Source: a bacterium (GTDB lineage: Bacteria; Krumholzibacteriota; Krumholzibacteriia; G020349025). From it: DNA of 18,218 bases. The position numbers were made by a program, and so were the translations under genes. This document shows positions 1 to 8,583 of the stretch, one piece after another. The notes beneath the pieces are model-generated. The model was given only the letters and a program-made list of their open reading frames with translations. It had not been told where the DNA came from and did no database searches. Numbering within the stretch: the stretch's first letter is position 1; every line of letters starts with the position of its first letter. The stretch covers positions 1-18,218 of the forward strand of contig JANLSU010000028.1 of NCBI GenBank assembly GCA_031362565.1, written 5' to 3'.

Positions 1-202
1 GCGCGTAGCGCGGCCCGGCCAACGCGCACACCTCCTCGTCCAGGAGCTCCTGCACGTGCATCAGCCCCAGCGGAATCAATGCCCGGATCAGCTCCACCTT
101 CGCGTCCATATCCAGCGCCTCGTACTCCGGCCGACCCAATACTTGCGACTTGCCCATCACTCGCGACTTCTTGCGCTTCCCGACCGCGCGTAGCATACTC
201 AT
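1..202 (-). CDS. IS256-family (Mutator-type DDE) transposase, N-terminal 67 aa, partial
   Basis: My own translation: MSMLRAVGKRKKSRVMGKSQVLGRPEYEALDMDAKVELIRALIPLGLMHVQELLDEEVCALAGPRYA, open to the window edge. LLDEEVxALAGxRY matches the IS256 N-terminal motif pattern. SD GAGGAG lies 7 nt before the ATG at 202. Confidence 0.8.
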   Translation of the reverse strand, partial: MSMLRAVGKRKKSRVMGKSQVLGRPEYEALDMDAKVELIRALIPLGLMHVQELLDEEVCALAGPRYA

Positions 203-300
203 CGCTCGGCTCCTCTTCTGTGGTGATGACTCTTCAGCAAAGCCATCTAACCACGGATGCAGGAGCCGCTTCAATTTCCAACTAAGTTTAGGTCACACTC
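1..300 (-). mobile_element. IS256-family insertion sequence, left end (element runs off the window start)
   Basis: Minus strand from 300 reads GAGTGTGACCTAAACTTAGTTGGAAATT, resembling GAG-initiated IS256-family terminal inverted repeats as I recall them. A transposase-like ORF starts about 100 nt further in. The host ORF becomes non-homologous sequence and hits a stop right after this point. The other IR is outside the window. Confidence 0.75.
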
Positions 301-585
301 TTCCCAGATCCTATAGGTGGGCGGTGAGCTACCAGTAAAAGCGATCTCCATATTGCCATCATGGTCGCTGTCCCCGAAGGCCATGACGGCATCTTCTGAA
401 TACTCAAGGCTCGCAACCAGGGACAACGGAAACGTGTCGCTCGCGGCGACTTTTGTCACGGTTGCTCGCGCTGCACCAAGGGTGTGAACAGGAAGCGGCA
501 GAACACGTTCGTCACCCCACGCGTGCGGGACAAGAAACGCCGATGCAAAATGGCCCACAAAGGCTATGGCCATTGTTCGGTTCAT
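301..585 (-). pseudogene. IS-truncated 5' fragment of a secreted protein with an FG-GAP/calcium-blade-like motif
   Basis: From ATG 585: signal-peptide-like MNRTMAIAFVGHFASAFLVPHAWG, then FGDSDHDGNMEIAF (DxDxDG..E). The frame runs into the IS end after YRIWE and stops 9 codons later at 271-273. Confidence 0.6.
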
Positions 586-682
586 CGCGCCCTGTACCTC
601 TCGCGGCCCGAGGGGGGCCGATTTCAAGCGGCTTCCCAACCGCCATTTTCATGATAGTCCTTTCTCGGAGAACGAGCACGGA

Positions 683-725
683 TTGCCACCAAAGGCGTTC
701 GCCGGTAGTATGCGGGGCGAGGAGG
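683..725 (+). promoter_or_regulatory. sigma70-type promoter and SD for the 93-aa gene
   Basis: TTGCCA (683-688), 17 nt, TAGTAT (706-711); GAGGAGG at 719-725. Confidence 0.55.
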
Positions 726-735
726 ACTGGTAAGA

Positions 736-1017
736 ATGAGAACCATCGTCAACAAGACCGCGCTCCCGATCCGTGTGCCGCTTCCTGGCGGCAAGGTGTT
801 GCACTTGGGCCCCAAGAAGAACGGCCAAGTCGCGGACGCGGCGGCCGACCACTCGGGGCTCCGCAAGCTCATCGACGCCGGCAAGATCGAACTTCAGGGT
901 GAGGGCGAGAACGGCGTTTCGGAGGGCGGCGGCGGCGGCAGCGAGCCCGGACACGCGAGCGCCCAGGGCAAGGCCAAATCCCCGATTCATCGGCGCGGCG
1001 GTCAGCGCGGCGCCTGA
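736..1017 (+). CDS. small hypothetical protein (93 aa) with a Gly-rich, basic C-terminal tail
   Basis: ATG with strong SD and upstream promoter; G/C-ending codons; fills the gap between neighbouring genes without overlap; globular-looking first ~55 aa. Confidence 0.8.
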   Translation: MRTIVNKTALPIRVPLPGGKVLHLGPKKNGQVADAAADHSGLRKLIDAGKIELQGEGENGVSEGGGGGSEPGHASAQGKAKSPIHRRGGQRGA

Positions 1018-1037
1018 GATCCCCAAGGGGCAAGGCC

Positions 1038-1853
1038 TCAGGCCCCGGCATCTTCCGGGGAACCCATCCATTTCATGCTGGCGCCGGTGCCTTGGCGGCG
1101 CTGCATGATGATTTCGGCCAAAATACTGAGGGCGATCTCTTCCGGCGTCTCGGCGTTCAATTCGAGACCCATCGGCGCGTGAACGCGCGCCAGTTTGTCG
1201 CGTGCGACGCCGCGCGCTTCGAGTTGTTGCACGGCGGTCGCCCAGCGGCGGCGTGAACCAATGACACCGAGATAGAAATGCGGCACGCCGAGTAAAAGCG
1301 GCAACGCTTCGACGTCGACCGGCACGCCGCGCGTCGGCATCACGATGCAAGTATCGGGCGTGAAGCGGAAGGTGCGCGCGAGTTCGGCAACCGGCGCGAC
1401 CAAGTACTCGTCGGCGCCCGGCACGGCTTGTGGATTGCAAAAATCGGCGCGGTCATCGTTGAGCACGACGCGGAAACCGAGCCAGCCGCCCAAGTGGACT
1501 AGCGCCCGGCCGACGTGCCCGCCGCCCAAGACCAACAACACCGGCCGCTCTGCGAGTGGATCCACAAACACCTCCAGTTCACCGCCGCACACACCGGGGT
1601 CGCCGGTGCGTGGGTTGACGAGGGCATGACGCACGAGCCGTGGCTGCCCGTCGGCCATTGCGGCGAGTGCCTCGCGAATCACCAGGCTCTCCATCTCGCC
1701 GCCGCCGATGGTGCCTTCGATGCGGCCATCGGCATAGACCAGCATCTTGGAACCGGCATGCCGTGGCACCGAGCCGCGCGTTCGCACGACCGTGCAGAGC
1801 GCGGCACGCTCACCGCGGCGTTCGAGATCGGCTAGAGCGTCATACAGAGTCAT
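1038..1853 (-). CDS. xdhC: XdhC/CoxF-family molybdenum cofactor insertion chaperone
   Basis: Motifs GSVPRHAGSKM, GTIGGGEME, GVCGG, LGGGHVG, YLGVIGSRRR and RVHAPMGLELNAETPEEIALSILAEII. Start taken at ATG 1853 (MTLYDAL). Confidence 0.92.
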   Translation of the reverse strand: MTLYDALADLERRGERAALCTVVRTRGSVPRHAGSKMLVYADGRIEGTIGGGEMESLVIREALAAMADGQPRLVRHALVNPRTGDPGVCGGELEVFVDPLAERPVLLVLGGGHVGRALVHLGGWLGFRVVLNDDRADFCNPQAVPGADEYLVAPVAELARTFRFTPDTCIVMPTRGVPVDVEALPLLLGVPHFYLGVIGSRRRWATAVQQLEARGVARDKLARVHAPMGLELNAETPEEIALSILAEIIMQRRQGTGASMKWMGSPEDAGA

Positions 1854-1890
1854 GTCGTTGGGAAACGTACCATGCGGCGGAGGGGACCGC

Positions 1891-1919
1891 CTCACCCAAG
1901 GCGCAAGGCCTTGGGTGAG
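1891..1919 (-). terminator. strong hairpin downstream of the RND gene (possible terminator or 3' stabiliser)
   Basis: CTCACCCAAGGC-gcaag-GCCTTGGGTGAG, a 12-bp perfect stem; no clear U-tract. Confidence 0.5.
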
Positions 1920-1941
1920 ACGGCGACCCACGAGTGGGCCC

Positions 1942-4900
1942 TCAACCTTGAGCTGGCAACGCCCCGGCCGGCACCTGCGGTGCCGCGGGCGCGGGTTGCG
2001 GTGCGCCGATTTGGGCGTGCGTGAACCGCGCCAGCATCGTGTACATGACCGGCACCAGGATCAAGGTCAGGAACGTCGAGAAGAGCAGTCCACCCACGAC
2101 CGAAATCCCCAGGGGACGGCGCGCCTCGGCGCCGGCACCGAGGCCGATGGCGATGGGCAAGATGCCGAAGATCGTCGCGAACGACGTCATCAGAATCGGC
2201 CGCAGACGAATCGCGGCGGCATCGATGACGGCTTGGTGCAGTGGCAGGCCTCGAGCCCGCAACTGATTCGAATACTCGACGATCAAGATGGAGTTCTTGG
2301 TCACGAGTCCGATCAGCATGATGAGCCCGATCTGCGAGTAGATGTTGAGGCTCTGGCGGAAGACGAAGAGCGACACCAAAGCCCCGACGACGGCGAGCGG
2401 CACCGAGAGCAGAATCGTCAGCGGGTGCACGAAGCTTTCGAACTGCGCCGAGAGCACCAGGAAGATGAACACGATGGCCAGCAGGAACAGGATGTACAGA
2501 CTCGAACTGCCATCGCGGAATTCGCGCGACTGGCCCTTCAACTCGTGCTTGGTGGACGACGGCAGTTTGGTGGCCGCGATGTGATCGAGGTCGTTCAACG
2601 CCTGGCCCAGGCTGTGGCCGGGCGCCAGGTTCGCGGTGATCGTTGCCGAACGCACCCGGTTGTAGTGGTTCAGTTCCTTGGGACCAACGGTTTCCTTGAC
2701 CTGCACGACGTTCGCCAACTGCACGAGCCCGCCCGGGGCCCGCACGTACACGCCGTCGATGGCGTCGGGTGTCGCACGCTCTGCCGCCTGCAACTGCACG
2801 ATGACGTCGTACTGTTTGCCGGCGCGCTTGAAATCGGTCACGACACGCCCACCCAGAAGGGTTTCAAGCGTCGACCCGATGTCGGTCACCGAAACGCCGA
2901 GCCTGGAAGCGCGGTCACGATCGATCTGAATATCGAGCTGCGGTTTGTTGAGGCGCAGATCGGAATCGAGATTGACGAAGTAGCCGAGCTGGCTCGCTTC
3001 GCCCATCATCGTCCCGACCGACTGCTGCAGATCGTCATAGGTATCGGCCTGCAGCACGTACTCCACCGGACTCGACGAGAATTGCCCGCCCAAGCTCGGC
3101 GGGTTGATGACGAAAGCCAGCACGCCCGGGATCGAGATGAGCTGCGGGAAGAGCCCCGCCACGATGTCCTGTTGCCGGCGCTGGCGCTCGGCGCGTGGCT
3201 TCAAGTTGAGGAACATGAAGCCGTTCGTGACCCGGCCCGGTCCACCGAAGCCGAGACCCGTGGCGGTGAAGAGACCGTTGCGCTCGGGTAACGGCAAGAC
3301 CCGCGCTTCGATCTCCCGCATGTATCGGTCGGTGTATTCGAGCGTCGAACCCTCGGGTGCGAGCACGATTCCGAAGGCCACGCCGCGGTCCTCGATCGGC
3401 GCCAGTTCGCGCGGCAACGCATTGAACACGAAGCCGGCGCCGCAGACCAAAAGGATCGCCCCGATCACGACGAGCGCCCGGTGCCGCATGGCGCCGTGCA
3501 AGAGCGCCCGGTACGTGCGATCGAGCCCGGTGAAGAAGTTGTCGAAGGTGCGCGTCGCCCAGCCCTTGCCGCCGCCGTGCAACGGCTTCAGCATGCGCGA
3601 GCAGAGCATCGGGGTCAGTGTCAGGGCCACGAAGCCCGAGATCGCGACCGCCGCTGCGACCGAGATGCCGAACTCCTTGAAGAGCCGGCCCACAGTACCG
3701 CTCAAGAACGCTACCGGCACGAAAACGGCCACGAGCGAAATGGTTGTCGCGAGCACCGCGAAACCGATCTCACGGGTGCCGTCCCACGCCGCCTGCATGC
3801 GCGGCTTGCCCATCTCCATGTGGCGGTAAACGTTTTCGAGCACCACGATCGCGTCGTCGACGACGAGTCCAATGGCCAACACGAGCGCCAAGAGCGTCAG
3901 AATGTTCACCGTGAAGCCGGCGAAATACATGACGGCAAAGGTGCCGATGATGGAGGTCGGAATCGCGAGCGACGGGATGACGGTGGCGCGGAAACTCTTC
4001 AGGAAAATCAGAATCACCAGCACCACGAGCCCGACGGCGATGACGAGCGTGTGGGTGACCTCGGTCACCGAGTCCTGAATGAACGTCGACGAATCGTAGG
4101 CGACGTCGAGACGCATGCCCTCCGGCAGCAGTTTGACGAGATCCGGGAGCGACTTGCGGACGCCTGCCGCCACATCGAGCGTGCTCGCCTTCGACTGCTT
4201 GACGATGCCGAGCCCGAGCGCCGGCTTGCCGTTGTAGCGAATGGCGGTGCGCTCGTCCTCGGCGCCGATCCGCACGTCGGCGACATCGCCCAAACGCACC
4301 TTCTCGTCGCCTTTTTGCGCCACGACAATGGCCGCAAACTCGTCCGGACGGTCGATTTCGCCGCGGGTCCGCACCGAGAACTCGCGCTGTGGCCCTTCGA
4401 CCCTGCCGCCGGGGATTTCGGCGTTTTCGGCCCGAATGGCGCGTTCGACGTCCTGCACGGTGAGGCCACGCGCCGCCAACCGTTGTGGATCGAGCCAGAC
4501 GCGCATGGCGTAGCGGCGCTCGCCACCCAGGATGACCGAACCGACGCCCGGCAAACGCTGGATGTGTTCCTTCAAGACCCGGTCGGCGGTATCGGAAAGC
4601 TCGAGACCACTGTGGCGATCACTCGACAACGCCAGCCACACGACGGCCTGCGCATTGACGTCGACTTTCGAAACCACCGGGTCGTCGGCCTCGCGCGGCA
4701 ACTGGCCGCGGACGCGTGACACGCGGTCGCGCACGTCGTTGGCGGCCTGGTCGGAGTCGCGGTTCAGTTCGAACTCGACGGTGATGACCGAGCCCTGCTC
4801 CTGGCTCGACGACGTAATGGTCTTGATGCCCTCGAGCGTCGAGAGCTGCTCTTCGAGCACATCGGTGATTTCGGTTTCGATGACGTTTGGGCTCGCGCCG

Positions 4901-5055
4901 CGATAGAACGTCGTGATCGAAACGATGGGCGGATCGATGTCCGGGTACTCGCGCACCGGCAGGCGCGAGAACGAAATTACGCCGAACAGCACGATCGCCA
5001 AACTCATGACGGTCGCCAGCACCGGGCGCTGGATGGAAATTTCACTCAAGCGCAT
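1942..5055 (-). CDS. RND efflux permease, AcrB/AcrD/AcrF (HAE1) family
   Basis: About 1037 aa; N-terminus MRLSEISIQRPVLA; proton-relay motifs GLVVDDAIVVLEN, GLVTKNSILIVE and RLRPILMT. SD GAGGTG before ATG 5055. Confidence 0.96.
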   Translation of the reverse strand: MRLSEISIQRPVLATVMSLAIVLFGVISFSRLPVREYPDIDPPIVSITTFYRGASPNVIETEITDVLEEQLSTLEGIKTITSSSQEQGSVITVEFELNRDSDQAANDVRDRVSRVRGQLPREADDPVVSKVDVNAQAVVWLALSSDRHSGLELSDTADRVLKEHIQRLPGVGSVILGGERRYAMRVWLDPQRLAARGLTVQDVERAIRAENAEIPGGRVEGPQREFSVRTRGEIDRPDEFAAIVVAQKGDEKVRLGDVADVRIGAEDERTAIRYNGKPALGLGIVKQSKASTLDVAAGVRKSLPDLVKLLPEGMRLDVAYDSSTFIQDSVTEVTHTLVIAVGLVVLVILIFLKSFRATVIPSLAIPTSIIGTFAVMYFAGFTVNILTLLALVLAIGLVVDDAIVVLENVYRHMEMGKPRMQAAWDGTREIGFAVLATTISLVAVFVPVAFLSGTVGRLFKEFGISVAAAVAISGFVALTLTPMLCSRMLKPLHGGGKGWATRTFDNFFTGLDRTYRALLHGAMRHRALVVIGAILLVCGAGFVFNALPRELAPIEDRGVAFGIVLAPEGSTLEYTDRYMREIEARVLPLPERNGLFTATGLGFGGPGRVTNGFMFLNLKPRAERQRRQQDIVAGLFPQLISIPGVLAFVINPPSLGGQFSSSPVEYVLQADTYDDLQQSVGTMMGEASQLGYFVNLDSDLRLNKPQLDIQIDRDRASRLGVSVTDIGSTLETLLGGRVVTDFKRAGKQYDVIVQLQAAERATPDAIDGVYVRAPGGLVQLANVVQVKETVGPKELNHYNRVRSATITANLAPGHSLGQALNDLDHIAATKLPSSTKHELKGQSREFRDGSSSLYILFLLAIVFIFLVLSAQFESFVHPLTILLSVPLAVVGALVSLFVFRQSLNIYSQIGLIMLIGLVTKNSILIVEYSNQLRARGLPLHQAVIDAAAIRLRPILMTSFATIFGILPIAIGLGAGAEARRPLGISVVGGLLFSTFLTLILVPVMYTMLARFTHAQIGAPQPAPAAPQVPAGALPAQG

Positions 5056-5059
5056 GGTG

Positions 5060-6193
5060 TCACCTCGGGTTGGCCGCGCCGCCGGCGCCGGCCGGGTTCG
5101 CATCCGACATCACGGGCACGACCTTCGCGTGCTCGAAGAGTTTCTGGTGCCCGGCGCGCACGACGAATTGGCCGGGCAAAAGTCCGGCGGTGATTTCGAC
5201 GCGGTCCGGCGTGCGGGTGCCGATCGTGATCACAGCCCGCGTCACCGAGCTATCGGGTTTGACGACATAGACCAGAGATTGCGCGCCCTCCACGAACACC
5301 GCTTCGGAAGGGATCGTGAGCGCCATGTCGCGCTGCTGCAGCACCGCGATGACGTTCGCCGACATGCCGGAGCGCAGTCCGCCGCCCGGATTCGGCACCC
5401 GCGCCACGATACGCGCACTCCGCAGTTCGGCATCGAGCACCGGTTCGACGACATCGATCTTGCCGTCGATCTTCTGGTCTGGGAAAGCCGGCGTGGTGAT
5501 CTGCACCGCGGCGCCGCGCTGCAGCACGCCCAAGTATCGTTCGGGCGCCGAAAAGCGCACCTTCATCTCGCGCACCTGCGTGAGATCGGTGATGGCCTGG
5601 CCGGCGCGCACGAATGCCCCGGGGCTCACGGCACGCGACCCGACGATGCCGTCCCAGGGTGCCAAGATCGTCGTCTTGTCGAGGCGTGATTGCGCGAACG
5701 CCAGGTTGGCCTCGGCGACTTTGAGCGCCGCACCGGCATCGTCGAGATCCTGCGGTGTGCCGGCCTGCTGATCGACGACCGACTTCACCCGGTCGTACGT
5801 GATGCGGCTTTGATCGCGGACGGCTGCCGCACGTGCGACCTCGGCGCGCAGTTGCGTGTCGTCGAGGCGCGCCAAGAGCGCACCCTTCCGTACTTGGCGG
5901 CCTTCGCGAAATGGCAATTCGACCACGATGCCGTCGTTTTCCGAAACGACGGTGATCGATTCGCCGGCTTCCAACGTACCGACCGCTTCGAAGCGGTCGG
6001 CCATCGGCCCTTGCACGACGGCCGCGACTTCAGCCGGCATCGGCGGCATCTTGAAACCGCCGCCACCGCCGGCGCCGCCGCCCGGCGCGCCGCCTTTCTT
6101 CGAGCAGCCGGCAGCCACCAGCACCACACACAAACCGTAGATGGTGCGGATCGCGACTCGCCGCGACTCGTTTCCTCTCTTGCGCTCGCCCAC
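5060..6193 (-). CDS. RND periplasmic adaptor (membrane fusion protein), lipoprotein
   Basis: Lipobox-like VAAGC, Gly-rich linker, lipoyl-domain motifs (EGRQVRKGALLARLD, ILAPWDGIVG), LRSGMSA. Start chosen at GTG 6193 behind SD GAGGAG; the ORF track gives 6217. Confidence 0.94.
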   Translation of the reverse strand: MGERKRGNESRRVAIRTIYGLCVVLVAAGCSKKGGAPGGGAGGGGGFKMPPMPAEVAAVVQGPMADRFEAVGTLEAGESITVVSENDGIVVELPFREGRQVRKGALLARLDDTQLRAEVARAAAVRDQSRITYDRVKSVVDQQAGTPQDLDDAGAALKVAEANLAFAQSRLDKTTILAPWDGIVGSRAVSPGAFVRAGQAITDLTQVREMKVRFSAPERYLGVLQRGAAVQITTPAFPDQKIDGKIDVVEPVLDAELRSARIVARVPNPGGGLRSGMSANVIAVLQQRDMALTIPSEAVFVEGAQSLVYVVKPDSSVTRAVITIGTRTPDRVEITAGLLPGQFVVRAGHQKLFEHAKVVPVMSDANPAGAGGAANPR

Positions 6194-6213
6194 GGGCACT
6201 CCTCTCGTTCGGT

Positions 6214-7788
6214 TCAATGATTGGCGAGCGGCTCGGCGCCCGCAGTCAGTTCGCGCAAGGTGGCGGCGGCCTTCGCGCCGCGCACCAAGGCTTGCGAATA
6301 GCCTTGCTCGGCCGAAGCCAAGTCCGCTGCCAGGCGCACGAGTTCGAAGGCGGTCGTGCGGCCGTTTTGATATTCGAGGCGCCCGATGCGCACTTGTTCG
6401 CGCGATGCTTCGACGCCATCCTCGGTGACCCGCAAGCGGTCGCGCGCATGATCGAGTTCGCGGTACGCCTGCCGCACCTGCGCTTCGAGCCCGCGCCGCG
6501 CGCCTTCCAGCTGCTGTTCGGCGACGCGGACTTCGGCGCTCGCACGATCGCGCTCGCCGCCATCGGCGCGCATGCCGATCGGCATCGTGAACCTGAATCC
6601 AGCCGACCAGGCCGGGAAGTCGCGCTTGAAGACTTCCTGCAACGCGTCGTTGAAGTTGCCGAGCGACGGCACCGTCTCGGTCGAATCGGCCGTCCCAAAG
6701 ACCGGCAGCGTGCGGCCGCGTCCGGTGAGTCCGTTGGCGGCCAGCGAGCCGACAAAATCGAGCGCCGGAAGTGCCTTCCAGCGGGCGCCGCGCGCCCGGG
6801 CGCGCGCTGCGTCGGCTTGTTGCACGTACAGTTGCAGCGTCGGGTTGTGGGCCAGCGCTTGCTCGACGACGGCATCGGCGGCGCCGATCGAGAAATCGCG
6901 CGGCGGTTCGGCCGTGGAGCGGAAGCGCTCGGCGCCGCTCTCCGGGCGCGCGCCGATCAGTGTTCCCAGGTCATCCGAGAGCGCATCCATGCGTTCCCCG
7001 CGGTCGAGAAGCGACACCTCGCGCGCCGCCAGAAAGACGCGCGCATTGGCGACGGCATTCGGCCCCACCAGTCCGGCGCGGGCGCGGGTACGTGCTTCGT
7101 CGAGAAACGCGACGCCGTTGTCGCGCAGCACTTTGTCGACCGCGTAATCGCGTTCGGCGGCGTACAGGTCCCAGTACGAACGCTCGACACGCGCTTCGAC
7201 GCCGCGCCGGGTGGCTTCGGCAGCCGCCTGCGCCGCCGCCAGATCGCGTTCGGCCGCCGACAAATCTTGCCGCGCCGCCGGCCCGAAGCCCTTCAAGAGC
7301 GGTTGTACGAGATCGATGCTGCCGCGGGTCGTGTACTGCGGCGAGAAGCTGGCGAACGGCGCATCGGTTGTTTCGCGCCGCGAGCGCACTGAAGCGTCCA
7401 AGTGCCCGCCGGTCTGCAAGTCGGTGCGGGCGCCGATACCCAGCGCATGGGTGCCGTGTTCGGTCTCGGAGAAAATCGATGACCGCGGCACCTTCTCCGA
7501 ACTCCACGTCGCATCCGCATACAGGCTCGGATCGAACGCGCCGCGCTCGCGCCGCAGTACACCCGCTGCGGCACGCACCGACGCTTCCGCCTGCGCCACG
7601 TCGGTCGAGTGCGCGAGCGCCCGCTGCTTGGCCGCGTCGAGAGCGAGCGGCGCGCCGGCGATCGAACGCAAGGACCTGGCGAGCGCGCTGTCGGGATCGG
7701 TGGTCGGCGGCTCGGCGCTCGCCGTCCGCGCGCCGATCGAAACCAAAATCAGAGCCGCGAACATTCGCGGCCGGAAACCGAATCTCAC
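6214..7788 (-). CDS. TolC-family outer membrane efflux protein
   Basis: Signal peptide, OEP-type helical repeats (LVQPLLKGFG, VERSYWDL, EYQNGRTTAFELV); GTG overlaps the tetR stop (GTGA) with SD GGAGG. Confidence 0.92.
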   Translation of the reverse strand: MRFGFRPRMFAALILVSIGARTASAEPPTTDPDSALARSLRSIAGAPLALDAAKQRALAHSTDVAQAEASVRAAAGVLRRERGAFDPSLYADATWSSEKVPRSSIFSETEHGTHALGIGARTDLQTGGHLDASVRSRRETTDAPFASFSPQYTTRGSIDLVQPLLKGFGPAARQDLSAAERDLAAAQAAAEATRRGVEARVERSYWDLYAAERDYAVDKVLRDNGVAFLDEARTRARAGLVGPNAVANARVFLAAREVSLLDRGERMDALSDDLGTLIGARPESGAERFRSTAEPPRDFSIGAADAVVEQALAHNPTLQLYVQQADAARARARGARWKALPALDFVGSLAANGLTGRGRTLPVFGTADSTETVPSLGNFNDALQEVFKRDFPAWSAGFRFTMPIGMRADGGERDRASAEVRVAEQQLEGARRGLEAQVRQAYRELDHARDRLRVTEDGVEASREQVRIGRLEYQNGRTTAFELVRLAADLASAEQGYSQALVRGAKAAATLRELTAGAEPLANH

Positions 7789-8435
7789 GATGCATCCTCC
7801 AAACGAAATGGGGCTGCCGGTGCCGGTGCCGGCATGCCGACGCCATGCACGACGAGATCGAACACGGTGTCTTCGACGCCGTCCGGAATCGCTTCAATAT
7901 CACCCGAGAGAACCGCGGAAACGTAGGCACGCACCGTTGCCGCCATCATGACCACGACGGCTTGCGGATCGACGGCGCGAAACTCCCCTTGCGCTTGCCC
8001 AGCCTCGACGAGCTGCACGTAGGTCGCGCAGAGGGCGCGCCCTTCGGCGCGATAGTCGAAGCCGACCGGCAAGGGCGCCGGAGCGTTCATGACCTCGTGG
8101 GCGAACGCCACGACCTCGGGGGTGCGCCGGGCGCGCTCGAACTGCCAGCGCAAGAGAGCGCGCAGTTGCTCACGCGGGCTCGAGTGCTGTGTTTGCACTT
8201 CGGTCTGGGCAGCACGGCAAGCGGTCAGGGATTCGCGCAAGAGAGTTGCGAACAGTTCTTCCTTGCTGCCGAAATAATAGTGAATGAGCGGCTTGGTGAC
8301 GCCGGCGTGCTCTGCCACCTCGCGCATCGAAGTGCCCTCGTAGCCCTGCAGCGCCACGAGACGTGCCGCGGCACACAAGATGCGATCACGCGCCGCCGTA
8401 CAACCGGCTGGCGCGCGGTGCGAGCCTGGATTCAA
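7785..8435 (-). CDS. TetR/AcrR-family transcriptional regulator
   Basis: HTH RDRILCAAARLVALQGYEGTSMREVAEHAGVTKPLIHYYFGSKEELF; first gene of the efflux operon; TTG start uncertain. Confidence 0.93.
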   Translation of the reverse strand: MNPGSHRAPAGCTAARDRILCAAARLVALQGYEGTSMREVAEHAGVTKPLIHYYFGSKEELFATLLRESLTACRAAQTEVQTQHSSPREQLRALLRWQFERARRTPEVVAFAHEVMNAPAPLPVGFDYRAEGRALCATYVQLVEAGQAQGEFRAVDPQAVVVMMAATVRAYVSAVLSGDIEAIPDGVEDTVFDLVVHGVGMPAPAPAAPFRLEDAS

Positions 8436-8489
8436 AGGAGCCTGTCCCCGTTCAAAACGTGTCCGTGTGAAACGGCAAGGCGGCGAGGC

Positions 8490-8505
8490 CTGACCGAACG
8501 GTCAG
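8490..8505. promoter_or_regulatory. TetR-type operator palindrome
   Basis: Perfect inverted repeat CTGACCG-AA-CGGTCAG immediately downstream of the predicted -10 of the tetR operon. Confidence 0.75.
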
Positions 8506-8506
8506 T

Positions 8507-8535
8507 AACCTACAAAAGACCGGCAGGGAGCGCAA
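8507..8535 (-). promoter_or_regulatory. sigma70-type promoter of the tetR-efflux operon
   Basis: Minus strand TTGCGC (8535-8530), 17 nt, TAGGTT (8512-8507). Confidence 0.55.
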
Positions 8536-8537
8536 GC

Positions 8538-8574
8538 CCCCCGATGCGCAACGGTTTGAGCCGCGCACCGGGGG
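8538..8574 (-). terminator. GC-rich hairpin after ahpC
   Basis: Minus strand CCCCCGGTGCGC...GCGCATCGGGGG, a 12-bp stem with one G-U pair, about 10 nt after the TAA; weak U-tract. Confidence 0.5.
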
Positions 8575-8583
8575 CAAGCGGTT

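Noticed and set aside
79..338. Small plus-strand ORFs of 68 and 62 aa
   Set aside because: Antisense to the transposase and IS end; no coding signals.
271..639. 122-aa ORF as an intact gene
   Set aside because: The C-terminus is derived from the IS end, and the likely start is ATG 585, which begins a signal-peptide-like segment.
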